This document shows, piece by piece, positions 13,256 through 25,822 of a stretch of DNA of 64,000 nucleotides. The position numbers and the translations under genes are program-made. Each line of letters starts with the position of its first letter. The first letter of the stretch is position 1. Source of the DNA: Ginglymostoma cirratum (Eukaryota); contig JAHRHZ010000267.1 of assembly GCA_024137785.1 (NCBI GenBank), positions 14,335,454 to 14,399,453 of the forward strand, given 5' to 3'. The notes beneath the pieces are model-generated. The model was not told the origin of the DNA, searched no databases, and saw only the letters and a program-made list of their open reading frames with translations.

Positions 13256-13575
13256 TAACAATTACTATATGATAACTGTTACTGTACAGTCTCTCTGGTC
13301 CTGAAAGTATACTCTTATAATTGCGGAGTATCATTCCCTTAGAAGAAAATTAAACTTGGTCTTTTTTGTGTGTCTCACTGTCATGCATAAGGCTGAATTT
13401 TCTCATTTATGACATCATGTATTTTTTGCTGAGATCCATGATGGGTCGTCTGTCATGGGTAGTGTCATTTGCTCTTCAGCTCATTCATCATGCAACAGGT
13501 TTCTCCAGCACCAGTCTGATGGGATTGTCCAGCAGTAGAAGTAGACATGTTTGCCACTGTTGAGACTGTAGTGAT

Positions 13576-13787
13576 TGTAACAAGGTCAGCCATGTGGACC
13601 TCAGAGAATATGGGGCTGTAAATTGGTTCAATCAGGGAGCCCTGGCTGACAGATAAAAGCAAAAGAGTCAGACATTCTGACCCTTTGAGAGCTGGGTCTG
13701 AGGGAGATGGATTAGTGTCAAGAGCTTTCCAAGTGTAAATAAAGGGTAACTTGGTAACAGGATACTGACATCCATGGAGTTATTTCA
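13576..13787 (+). mobile_element. Short solo LTR
   Basis: TGTAACA...TTATTTCA termini, internal TATA-like GATAAAAG and AATAAA (13738-13743). Confidence 0.5.
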
Positions 13788-13879
13788 GGGTCTTTGTGAC
13801 ATTTGCTCAGCTGGTGTTATGTGCAAATGCTAGCTCCATAGCACTTTAAGGTGTTATAAGCTAGGAAATGCCCTAGACT

Positions 13880-15098
13880 GGTTAGCAAGGTTGGATCATA
13901 AGGAATAGAGGGAGAAGTATCCATTTGGATACAGGACTGGCTCAAAGGTAGGAGACATAGGGTGGTGATGGAGGGTTACTTTTCAGCCTGGAGGCCTGTG
14001 ACCAGCAGTGTGTCACAAGGATCGGTGGTGGGTCCACTGATTTTTGTCATTTATATAAATGAATTGGATGTGAACATAGGAGGTATGGTTAGTAAGTTTG
14101 CAGGTGACACCAAAATTGGTGGTGTAGTGGACAGTGAAGAAGGTTAATGCAGAGTACAATGGGATCTTAATCAGATGAGCCAATGGGCCGAGGGGTGACA
14201 GATGGAGTTTAATTTAGATAAATGTGGGGCACTGCATTTTGGAAAGGCATATCAGGGCAGGACTTTTACATTTAATGGTGAGGTCTCAGGGAGGTTCCTT
14301 GAAAGCAGAGTCCCAGATAGATAGGAAAGTGAAGAAGGCATTTGGTGTGCTTGCCTTTACTGGTCAGCGCGTTCAGTATAGGAGTTGGGAGGTCATGTTG
14401 CACTGTACATTGGTTGGGCTGCTATTGGAATACTCCATGCAGTTCTGGTCTCCCTGTTATAGGAAAGACGTTGTGAAACTTGAAAGGGTTCAGAAAATAT
14501 TTACAAGGATGTTGCCAATGTTAGAGGGTTTGAGCTATATGGAGAGGCTGAATAGACTGGGGTTATTTTCCCTGGAGCATCTGAGGCTGAGGGGCAACCT
14601 TATAGAGGTTTATAAAATCATGAGGGGAATGGATAGGGTAAGTAGACAAGGTTTTTTTTCCCAGGGTGTGGGAGTCCAAAACTAGAGGGCGTAGGTTTAA
14701 GGCGAGAGGGGAAAGATTTAAAAGGGACCTAAGGGATAACATTTTCATGCAGAGGATGGTGCATGTATGGAATGAGCTGTCACAGGAAGTGGTAGAGGCA
14801 GGTACAATTGCAACATTTAAAAGGCATCTGGATGGGTATTTTTTTTCTGAAGAATGGTCCTGACCCGAAATGTCAGCTTTCCTGCTCCTCTTATGCTGCC
14901 TGGCCTGCAGTGTTCCTCCAGCTCCACATTCTGACTCCAGCATCGACAGTTCTTACTATGTCTGGATGGATTTATGAATAGTTTAGGGGGACGCAAAATG
15001 CTGGCAAATAAGATTAGATTTATTTCGGATATGTAGTTAACATGGATGAGTTGGACTGAAGCATCTGTTTCCGTGTTGTATATCTCTATGACTCTATG
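13880..15098 (+). mobile_element. CR1 LINE, 5'-truncated ORF2 RT and 3' UTR, carrying a Penelope-type insertion
   Basis: SSVSQGSVVGPLIFVIYINELD...SKFAGDTKIGG; LEYSMQFWSPCYRKDVVKLERVQKIFTRMLP; terminal (CTCTATGA)-type repeats. Confidence 0.95.
14840..14960 (+). mobile_element. Short Penelope-type element with a hammerhead at its 5' end
   Basis: CTGAAGA-A-TGGTC-CT-GACCC-GAAA-TGTC at 14847-14874. TSD TCTGGATGGGTAT (14827-14839) / TCTGGATGGATTT (14961-14973) inside the CR1. Confidence 0.85.
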
Positions 15099-15564
15099 TG
15101 CTCCTAAACCATTATCCCTATGGAACTGGCCCAGAAAGGCAAATTAGCTCCTCAGTTTCTCCACAGTGAGGTGGAGCTATGGGTGGACAGGGTGACAAAA
15201 AGAGGACACTACCATCTCCTGTTGATGTGCAAGAGAGGCCATCCACTAGATTCTGCCAACCTGGACCAAAATTGTGGCCCATGTCAGTGCAGTGACCCAA
15301 GTGAAACACAATGGACAATAATGCAGAAAGGAGATTAATTATCTTCTGTGCACGAGAGAAGTAAAGGTCACCACCTTGTCTATGCCAACTCACGGTATCA
15401 GAGCCACAACTCACTGAATTTGTCATTGCCCAGTCAGCTCACTAGGGCTAATGAGCAACAACTCTCACTATTGCAATGTATCACTTCCACTCAATGGTCA
15501 CCCACCTCATTCTTTCAAACTACTAACCCTTCCTGTCATCTGATCTTCTTATCTACTCACTGCT

Positions 15565-16436
15565 ATTATGATCCCAGCTGACGTTCTTACTGCACAAGTC
15601 AAATCCCAGACTGAAATCTAGTTTGATAGATCTTATTTTGTGTATTTTATTTGGTTTTAATGAGGTGGTCTTTCACAAACATGAAACTTCCATTACACAA
15701 AAAAATTGAATAAGCCAAACTGTTTAAAAATTTCAAAACATGGGGTAAAATGCAATCCCATCAATCTCAACAACACTCCTTTACAATACTCCTGCCAGAG
15801 AAAATTCTAGAGAGATCTCTATCACATCTATATGATTTGATTTAACTGTGCTTCATTTTCTTGTCTTGAGAATCCGATGGCCTTTTTCTCAAACCTTCAT
15901 TCAATTCAGCTTAGACTTTCTCGGCTTCAAATAAACATTTCAGAGTTTTAATCAAACACTTCTGACCTGGAACATTTAATTTAAACTTCTTAACCTGAGG
16001 CAACGTCCTCCTTAACAGATCTAAAACTATCTCCCCTTTTCAGGAGCAACTATTTTACACATTCACCCCTCTGCAAATGGATCCAAACTAAAACTAAAAA
16101 CAAGGTCTTTTTTTTTAATTTTCCAAGGTATGTGTTGTTACCATAATCCAAAAAAGTCCAGAATTTTCTATTTCAAAACGTAATTTATTACACTGTTTAC
16201 TTTGGTGAGTCTTAAGCTCTCCCAATATAAACAAATCCCCATCACTGTCCAGAAAGTCTTTCTCTGATACTGCATTTAAAAAGAAAGCACCATGGCTACA
16301 AAAATACTTGCAAGTTAACAATTAACTTTAGATGCAGCTTCAGATATATACCAAATCCATATGCCACTAATTCAAAGTTTAAAAATTCAAAAGAAACACT
16401 ATTAAGATATGTATAAATCATACTCTTTACATCACA
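15565..16436 (-). mobile_element. Solo LTR (family A), inserted in an old L2-like relic
   Basis: TATTATGATCCCAG...TTTACATCACA, homologous to 6027-6970. Confidence 0.6.
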
Positions 16437-17465
16437 CTGGGAAAAGCTAATCTCCTCTCCTTCTCATGCATCATCATCAACTGCTTTTACATCCACTCCC
16501 AGTATACTAAACTCATCCTGTCGTTTCATTACAGGAAAAATTAGCCCACACTCTGGATTGGAATTGGATAATTCTCTTGGCTGACTGTGATGATACCCCT
16601 TGACCTTGATGATGTATCATTCACCTTGATCTCACTAAAGAGTGCCCCCCTTTGATTTTCAGACATGGCCAATTAGTTGAATAGATGCCATGTGTTTAGC
16701 ACACAGCCTGCTGGCACATGCTCTGGATGTAATGTTGACATTTCTGAACAACAGCATGGTCGCCTCTTTGACTTTACGGTACTCCAAACTGTGACAAGCT
16801 GCCTACTTCTCACTCTGTAGGCAGCAAAAATAAGTGAGTGTTAAGAAAGCAAGCTAAGAGCTGTAAGTGGCCTGGGAGTAACATATAAATCATAAGTGTT
16901 CCTGCATGTCAAAGTGAACTCCAGAATAGCTGAACTGGTGTTTGATTTTGCCCAAAAGCAGGTATTATGATGTGGTGGTTCGGTAATGCTGACTTGCTTG
17001 GATGAAGGGTGGAAGACGATAGTACCTATGGTGCATGCAGGGATATTGTGGTAAAGGTGGAGTTGGATGATGGACCAGAGAAACATGCAGTGAGCTGCTG
17101 TTGCTCTGACTTTCATAATGGGAGCTGACACCATCTAGTTTCTTGGGGAAGGCAGGAGAATTGGGAGCCACATAGAAACGAGATGAGATTAGATAAAAAT
17201 GAGAGAAGATGTAATGGAAATCAGGTGATCACCACTAAACTGTGAGATTCAGAACTTGCCATTTAAATCTTAATTGGACAATCAAAAATCTTTTTCTTGA
17301 TATGAAGAAACTGATTTTTGAATGTTTGCCATATTACCCCAACTTTCTTGCCATTGCCCACACCGCTCAAGAAAGTGGAAAATTCCAGCCTCTGTTGTTC
17401 TTTATCTCCTTCCTATAAATCCTTTTTTATTTTGCTTTTTGCACATGACAACACTAATTGATGCT

Positions 17466-17612
17466 AATCATTAATCATTTTCTGAAGAAGGGTCTCGACC
17501 CGAAACGTCAGCTTTCCTGCTTCTCTGATGCTGCTTGGCCTGCTGTGTTCATCCAGCTCTACACCTTGTTGTCTCAGATTCTCCAGCATCTGCAGTTCCT
17601 ACAATCTCTGTA
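17466..17612 (+). mobile_element. Short Penelope-type element with an intact hammerhead core
   Basis: Perfect 13-bp TSD ACTAATTGATGCT (17453-17465, 17613-17625). Body homologous to 3385-3470 and 60336-60430. Confidence 0.9.
17478..17512 (+). ncRNA. Minimal type I hammerhead ribozyme (Penelope-associated)
   Basis: CUGAAGA (17482-88), extra A, stem II GGGUC/GACCC, GAAA, palindromic ACGU in place of stem III, GUC cleavage triplet (17507-09). Activity not shown. Confidence 0.75.
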
Positions 17613-19904
17613 ACTAATTGATGCTTCCAGGTTTACCCTTCCCGGATTAGACACCGTAAAACTCAGCAAGAAATTTGCAATCTGGTTGAAGTGCCCTGTC
17701 GTTTATTGCCCTGGGCAAGAATGCCACAGATTCCTGTTGAGATGCTGTACTATATCAGTCTTAGAATAAGAGCCCACTCAAAAACCCAGGATGATTCAAA
17801 TGGCAGCATCAGCAAGGTAAATGTTGAACAACATTCCTTCACCACTGACCACAAAATCTGGGTAAATCATGTTTCCATACTGAATAACAAAGTTATTCTG
17901 AAATAATTTACAGATGAAAGTTATCAAAAAGCAGATTATACACTATTTAAACATTCTGTAGTCTAAGTACCTGAAGGTTTTCCTGATTGATGCATTGTGC
18001 CTTTTTTAAACCTCCAAATAAAACCTTTTGACACTTACTGCCACATATCCTCCTTCTTTGAAGGAGGAGACACATTTAGAGCCAAAGATTTCTCAACAGT
18101 CTCATCAATCTTGGTCTGCGATAAACCAGCAGGAGATGCCTGTCAGTTAACAGAATAAGTCCTGTTAGTTATTCCCTCCCCTGTCCCACTGAGACGGACT
18201 GCTGTATTCATGAACAGTTTCATCCTGAATTAACAAGGTCTCCTCCAAGGTGTGCTGCTTAGTTCAGTCTACATAGAAGGTTTAAAACTCGCTTCTCCAA
18301 ATAAAAAATTGTTAGATTCAGCAGCCTTACCGGTCAATGTGAAATATATATTTTAAAAACGTTCCTTCTTCAAAACTGGAACCTTAGTCTTTTTTCACCA
18401 AACTTTCCTTTAAGTTTCTTCCAGGTACTTTAGAATGCGTATGTCAATGTTTTAAGAAACTTGTCAAAAGAACCAGAGGTAAGGCGAGGAGCAAGCTAAA
18501 TGTATTGCCAAATGAATGATGGGAGGAAGTTTGATAATAGCATCCCAAATGGAAAGGGTTAACTATTTGAAAGGGAAAAGGTCGTGTTTGTCTAAGGAAA
18601 GAGAGGTTAAAGTTACTAATTAGATAGTTATTTTTCAACGAGATGGCATATACATAAAAGTTCGAATGGCATCCTTTTTTGCAATATTATTCTGTGATTG
18701 GTTGCAAAAGAATGTGAAGGTGGATGAAGAATAGGGAAAAGAGAGTAGAAAAATGAGAGAAACAAAAAGGAGAAAGAAAAACACGTTGCAGAGTATTAAG
18801 TGAATGAGGAATCAAAAGTCAAAGTAAACCAAGAGACACCATGAATCAAAAGGAAACATACTGTAAAAAGAGACAGAGACATTGAACACATAAGTATGAG
18901 AGCAAGAACTACTTATGAAACCTGTGTTAGTTAACCTATTGAAGACAACATCATAAACCAAATACCAAAAATAATTTTGATAGTAGTTCAATATTTTTAA
19001 ACCCTATGCCATAACACAAGTCACCTGGAAATCAGAAATTAAACAAGAGCTTTTCTCCTAATTGAATTCCTACCAGCAGTGTCAAAGGATCCATGATCCC
19101 TCTTTCCTTGCTGCGTGTTTAATTACTTGTCCAATGATAATGACATGTGTGTGTGCGTGGCCCCTCCTGAGTTGACAGGAGGACAACAAATGGCAACTAA
19201 AACATTCACATCTCTCCCCATGGGGTCCTCAGTACAGCTGCCCTTCTGCTTGTTGCTTCTCTGCACACACGCACATTCACAGATGGCCCAGCTTGCAGTG
19301 GACACGGATTTTGATCATATCCTTCTCTGTATATATAAAAAAAAGAGCTTACTGTAGCAAAGCATCTGTACCTTTGCCAATATTTATTTGGCAACACTGC
19401 CGGTTTGAACAAAAAAAATTCCTGATGTGTTAATTTCCAGAACCAAAGGGGAGGCTGTTCAAGCTTGAACAGTACAATAGTAGAATTTGCAATGTGCAAT
19501 TGTAGCCTCAAATTGTTAATCACGCATCGTTCAGTCAGCAGCTTCCATCATCTGGCATGAGTTTAATTTAACATCTTGTGAGTGGGTGTGCATGTGTATT
19601 TGTGCAAACAAATGAGTTAACCCACAGTATTTTTTGAATACCAAGATATGGCAATAATTATGTATTACAACAGAGGCCTGTAAATCAATTAGTTGTAGGT
19701 AATCAATGTTTTATATTGCTTTATCCTTTGTGAAATTGCAGAAGCATGTTGTCTTCCTAAATCTCAGTCCCTACTCTGTTTTGAAATTGATCACAGAACA
19801 CAACTCGTGCACTCTATTCTTATGTACATTATTTTCCTCTCTTCCTCATGCAAGATCTGATCCTCCTCTCCTGAATGCAATGATTTGTGTCAATGTGTAA
19901 AGAA

Positions 19905-20260
19905 ACAAAAGAAATACATTTACATTTACACAACTCAGGATGTCAACAAGTGTTTTACAACCAATTAAGCATGTTTGAAGTGTAGACATTACAATGCAAG
20001 GGAATACAGCAGCCAGTTTGAGCAGGGAGGGTTCTACGAAGAACAATTCAGTAATACGAAGATAAATTACTGTCTGTGTGTGTGTTGGGAAATAAACAAG
20101 ATGCTTTTCTTTGGACAATGGACTGTGATTTTTACCTCCACTTGACAGGCCATACTCCTTCCACGCAGTGCTGGAAAATGTTTTTGTTTAAGTCTGTTAG
20201 AGTGGGACATCAAACCCTAGCTTACAGACTTTGAAAGGGCAGAGCTATCTGATGAGAAAT
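19905..20260 (-). mobile_element. DeuSINE (SacSINE1/AmnSINE1-like), decayed
   Basis: Resembles the reverse complement of the Deu-SINE layout: tail TTTGAAGTGTAG...GCAGCCAGTTTG, core GATTTTTACCTCCACTTGA, head GAGTGGGACATCAAACCC (B-box). Confidence 0.6.
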
Positions 20261-20699
20261 GACTGCTCCCTACATTCAAAAGAAGCCTCTTCTATGGTAA
20301 GCACAAAATGTTAAAATGGTTGCTTAGACACAGCCCACACATATACTTTTCTAGTCAGAGTTTTATTTCACTTACACAACACAAAACTCACACATGATTA
20401 CTTGTTCACTGTATACGTACACTCGGTCCCTCTGCCAATTTACCACTAATTAACATAGAATAATCATCTGCTCCCAAGTTCCATTTGGGATCCAGCATCC
20501 CTGCCAGACCCCTTTTACAATTTCCCCTTTTATTCTTTTGAAAACATACATGCAATAATGAAAAACTAGCAAAAATGTTTTTAAAAAATGGCAATGTATT
20601 CTGCAGAATGCCATTGTATTATATTCCTTTTTTAGCGTATATTAGAGTTTCAAACGCCTTTTTTCCAAAATTTCTAATAGTTCAGAGTTCGTCCTTTCT

Positions 20700-23000
20700 T
20701 CATAAAACAGAGAGCTCACTATTGCTAGCCACCTATTTTGTGATTTATCTGTTCTTCAGCATCTGTTTTAAAACTACAATGTTGATCCTTGCTTCTTTTC
20801 AGTTGTACCTTTTGTCCTATATACATCGACCCATAATGACTAATCACTAATGTAATATTCAATGGGCTTTGCTGCAAATTCTTAGTGTGGATAGTTTATG
20901 TTGGTGCAGCTAATAACTGACAGTTTGATCAGTCAAAATGTTATTTTGTTGATTACTGTGTAATTCCTTTCACACATCCCACTGCTAAAAGAGCTTTTTG
21001 CTGCTCCATTCATAACTATTATGTTCATATCAGCACACATATATCTAAATTCATGGTTAACATATATCCCCACATAATCAGTGAGAAAATTTGTTAGTGG
21101 TCCATTTGCTCCGTATTACATTACATTGTCCTTTTTTTAATCATTACTATGTATTATCATCAATGAGCAAAAATGGGTTGCCAAATCCATAATATATAAA
21201 ATTATTCTTTTTATTTCGATTCCATACCTTTAAAATCATAGCCACTATCTCATTGAAATCCTCCCTCAAGAGTAGCCTTACTTATTGGTATCCTGCGTAT
21301 TTCTATTTCCACTATCTCTTATGTAAGGTTCTTATACCCCTCATCCCTTGTTCCTGCATGCTTGATGAAAACTTTTAACCATTTTTGAAGACAAGCGGTA
21401 AAATTGCCCATGTAGTTTCAATATAATTAAGTTTTCTTTCTTCTAAATTTCTTCCACCTAATGTCAATGTCACTTTGTTAACTTCTTTAATACAGAGGTT
21501 ATGTTCCATTAAAGGAATACAATCAAGTCCAATTTGTGTGAATTGCACGTTTACAGATTTCCCAAACACAGTGGCTTTGTCATTTTCCATACCAGTTTGA
21601 TCTGTATGTATATAATGAATAGCTTACTTAATAATAATCATTAATGTTTCTCTGGATGTTATATTTATGTTTACAAAATGATTCATCTCAGATATGATTC
21701 TGGCTATTTTACACTGAATGGCAACTCTTTTGAAAGATTTCAGATCCCCAAATCTGAAAACCGTGGAAACCTCAAATTCTTCACTACTCAGAGAGTCTAG
21801 GTGGCAACTTAGTGAGTTTATTCCGCATACTGCAGATGTGCATTCACAGTCTAATACTGCACAGTTGAAAGGTTCTGCCACCAACACATGCATCACTGAA
21901 TTGAAACTTCTTGTGACTAATATAATGTCCTCCTTTAGATCCATATCTCTGTCTTCTTCTGAATTTTCCATTTTGTCTTTAATCTCAAATGTTCTATCAG
22001 ACCATTTAGGATGGGAATAAGTTAGCTTGGATGGCTGGTTTGCAACACAGGGTGATGTCAACAGCAAGTTCAATTCAAGTACTGGCAGAGGTCACCAAGA
22101 AGGTCCTGCTTTCTTAACCTCACCCCTTCCCTGAGGTGTGGTGGCTCTCTGGTTAAACTCACCACCAGTCGTCCCCCTCTCTAATGAGACCAGCCCTGTG
22201 GTCCTCAGGACTGTGGCAATTTTACCTTTTACTTTAGTTTTTGGCATTATTATACTTTTTAACATACCTGAATTTGATTGCCTACAACTTGGGCATTTCT
22301 GAATCTCATTCCTTTTATTCTAATTTCAAATTCTCTTTGCTTCTCAAAATTGACAAAAGCACTTTTGTCCTCATTTCTCTTAACATTCTTCTTTCGCTTA
22401 CAACCTGGGTCTAGACAGCCTTGTCAGCCCATTAACATTGGTCCTCAGTTTTTGTCATTTGACTGATGGCTCTATTTGCATGAATGCTGCTGAAAAGGTA
22501 CAAATTCCAAGGATTTTTTATACTGCTTCCAACATTTGCTCCAGCAATGATTGTTTATCTGTGAATTTAAGTTCCACCAAAAATAAAAATCTGCCTAAAC
22601 TCAATACTTTGGCACTGTCTAATAGTTTAAATGACAGCATAGTCTGGGGAACTTCCAAGTAGTATTTCTGCAGTCTTGCATACAATCTGTTGAATTCCAT
22701 TTTATAGTCTTCCGGAGAACCATATCCCCTTTACCCTGAATCTTTCAAACTATGACCATGCCTCATAAGCAGCTGGTAAATCATCTTTTTGATATATTTT
22801 ATTCATGAAAATTAATATGCTCTAAAACCCTTTATCCATGTCCGTATTATCAATCTCTGAATACATTGCTTCTTCTTCTGCTATTATATGACAATGAAAG
22901 AGCCATTGACATACCTTGCTTCCTCATTGATAAAGGAGCAATGTCAGTCCACACAGTTACTTGATTCTTCCATGAGTCATTGAACAAGCAGCAAGTTATA
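20700..23000 (-). mobile_element. Decayed Ty1/copia LTR-retrotransposon internal region (GalEa-like gag-protease-integrase)
   Basis: Minus-strand motifs in order: gag WKNQVTVWTDIAPLSMRKQGMSMALSL and EFNRLY..LQKY..EVPQTMLSFKLLDSA; protease AVLDCECTSAVCG...FRFGD; integrase EFRYMCADMNIIVMNGAAKSSFSSGMCERNY. Integrase follows protease with no RT between them, which is the copia order. Confidence 0.75.
22010..22232 (+). mobile_element. tRNA-derived SINE (family B) inserted in the copia element
   Basis: A-box-like GTTAGCTTGG, B-box GTTCAATTC, core CCTGAGGTGTGGTG..GGTTAAA. Homologous to 24040-24240 and 42512-42728. Confidence 0.7.
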
Positions 23001-23588
23001 AGATGGGCCCTTGGCATTATTTAAAGTGCCATGTACCCAAATTGCAGGAAAGGTCATTTTCAAGAACTGCTGCATTTTAAAGTGCCTGGAAATCCACTGT
23101 AGTATTTTTTCAGATGTTCTGAGTTCCTGCATTTGCTCTGTGGCATTGTAGTGCACTGACAGGGAGGGCAAAGGGGTATTCTAACCTGTGCAAAGACAGT
23201 AACAGATATGAGGGGGCAATACTCGCAGTACCCTTGGATCTGCAGCATGACAGAGAGAGATCAGAGCTTCAAAGCAGTCAAATGCAGCACCATGACCTTA
23301 GCCACCTTGGAACATGCTCTTTGACAGTAACAGGAGGCTGTTTGGCACGTCAGTCAACGCACCCATTTTTTTGGTGTGCAAACCCATCACTGCCACCCTG
23401 TATGCCACCCCATCAAAATTGTCATCTGGTTGTGCAACTGAACTCATCCACAGCTTCACTGACTAGTAAGTGGGCAGCTGAGCTATCTTCTTCTCCTGGT
23501 CTGCCAACAGTTCACTTGTGCCTGGTATCTCACCTCATGCTGTTCCCATCAATGAACTAGCCTCCAGAGTAAATATAGTATTGGGACC

Positions 23589-23831
23589 TGTTGTGATTCC
23601 TCTTTAAACAAATATGCAAGTGTTAAAGAAAGCAGGACTTAAAACAGCATGTGACTGGCAGCCTGCTGGTAGCCTGCCAATGTTGCTATGAGTAATAGTT
23701 GCTGAATCCCTAGAGTCGCTCTTTCTGTTGAGCTGTCCTGTATATCAATTGGAGTATTCAAATATATTGGATCTACTCATTGTTTACCTTCATGATTGAT
23801 GGGTTTGTGCTAAAGAACCAGAAACACAACA
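23589..23831 (+). mobile_element. Short solo LTR
   Basis: 7-bp inverted termini TGTTGTG...CACAACA, 243 bp. No TSD. Confidence 0.5.
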
Positions 23832-24039
23832 GTGGTTGTGAATGTCTTCATTAATGATGGGCTGTTGCTCTCTTTCTTCCTGCAGCTGGACAACTGGCTG
23901 TTCTTGAGTAGGTGAAAGTAGGAATGCAAAAGGGAAAGGTTGGAATCAAGAAGGGGATTGAAACGGAAAGCCAAAGATTCAAGGTGTCAGCTTGGAAAAC
24001 ACGTTGGCAGGAGAGAGAGCAAAATATGAGTGATTGGAA

Positions 24040-24240
24040 AAAGGGGAAGGGGAACTTGTCACAGTCCCAGAGCACAATAGGGCTGATCGCTCATTAGAGA
24101 GAGGTAATGGGTGGTAAGTTTAAATTGAGGGTTACCACCACTCAGGAGACGGGAAATGTTGAAAAGGTGGGACCTTCATGTGGTGACTTCAACCAATGAG
24201 GGACATGCCGTTGGTGTCATTCTGTATTGTAAACCAGGCA
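24040..24240 (-). mobile_element. tRNA-derived SINE (family B)
   Basis: Reverse-complement homology to 22010-22232. Confidence 0.65.
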
Positions 24241-25646
24241 ATTGTATTCCACTGTGGATAATGTTCCCACTATAGCTCAATGGCTGGAGGCATATGCAGG
24301 CTGCATGACGTGGCTGTCAGGCTGGCTGCATTGAGAGGGGCATGAGCTTAAAGTGGAGCCTCTGAAAGTGTGGCATGAACTTCGAGTGCTAGGGTCTGTT
24401 GCCGGGTCACTGAAGGTGATGTGTAAGAAAGAGGCTGGTGTTTTGCTGTGGGGGAGCTGCCATGTGAATATACCTTCGCTGGCATTAATTAGCCATGTGA
24501 GGTGATAAAATGTCTTGTGGTCATCAGAATCAGACTCTAGGAAATGATCTCCCTGGCCACTTGTTTCCATTCCATTCTGAGGGTAATCCTTAAGGATATA
24601 TAACATCCTCTCTGCCCTGGTCTTCAACTTTCCAAGTTTTGAGTTTCAACAACAGCAGGCAGTCGTCCTTTAAGGGGGACATTCGCTTTTTAAAATGACC
24701 AACCTAGCTGCACCACATTTTCACAGCAACGATGTTTGGTAGCCCCCTGTTGAGCACAGAGGGAGCTGGCAATATGAAGATGCAGCCAGCAACAAGTTAT
24801 CAGCTCAACCTCGCTCTATAATAGTGCGGCAGGAGCACCAAAACTGCAGGCACCTACCTCCGATGAATGGCACCCAGAAATCGGAGCAAGTTCAAGTTTT
24901 TGTGTTCGGTGCTGGAATTATTGTTGTTGCTGTGTTCCACAAGGGTTTAAAGAATGTAACTTTGTGACTCCAAGAGGAACAAAGAATGTTGTTTAAGCCA
25001 TGATTTTATGATTTCAGTAAATATGCATTTAATGCATTTAATGACTGCCCACTTGATATACAAGGGGAGCAGAATCAATAATCCAAACTGTAAGCAGTGA
25101 TCACAAGGTAATCCAGCAGCTGACCTAACATTGGGAAGGCCAAGACAGCTGTTACAGTCAGTGATAATGGTTGCAGGTCAGGGTGTTAACCATGTCCTGC
25201 CCAGTTGGCAAGGATGTCACTAGAAACAGCCATACAAAGGAAGAATATGATTCCCTGCTACAAGAGCATACAGACATGAATGGAAGTGACAGTATGCAGA
25301 CTAGGGCTAGCCAGTCTGTCATTACAGTCTTAGCTATAGCTGAATCAAAACCTGAGTAACCGCAACGCACTGTCCAAAGGGGCCTGGAGCCATTCCAGCC
25401 GTCAGCAAAATCCCTACACTCTGTTGGTACACTTACTCCTACTACATCAGAATCATTGCAAAGATGGAGTCAATTAGATATGACATACTTAAAACAAACT
25501 ACATAATAAAAGGACAGTGGCAGGTCAAGTCCAGCTGCTACAATCTGCATCACACTGATAAAGTGCAATGCATGATTTGAACGTTATGCTAGTACTTATT
25601 TATTACCAAATATAATAAATAAGCAGCATTCATAAATTGGTAATGC

Positions 25647-25822
25647 TCATAGAAACATAGAAGATAGAAGCAGGAGGAGGCCATTCAGCCCTTCGAGCCT
25701 GCTCCACCATTCTTCACAATCATGGCTGATCGTCCAACTCAATAGCCAAATCCTGCTTTCTCCCCATAACCTTTGATCCCTTTCACCCCAAGTGCTGTAC
25801 TAGTCACCTCTTGAATATATTC
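25647..25822 (-). mobile_element. CR1-group 3' tail fragment
   Basis: CATAGAAACATAGAAG...GGCCATTCAGCCCTTCGAGCCTGCTCCACCATTC, the typical reverse-complement 3' end. Confidence 0.75.
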
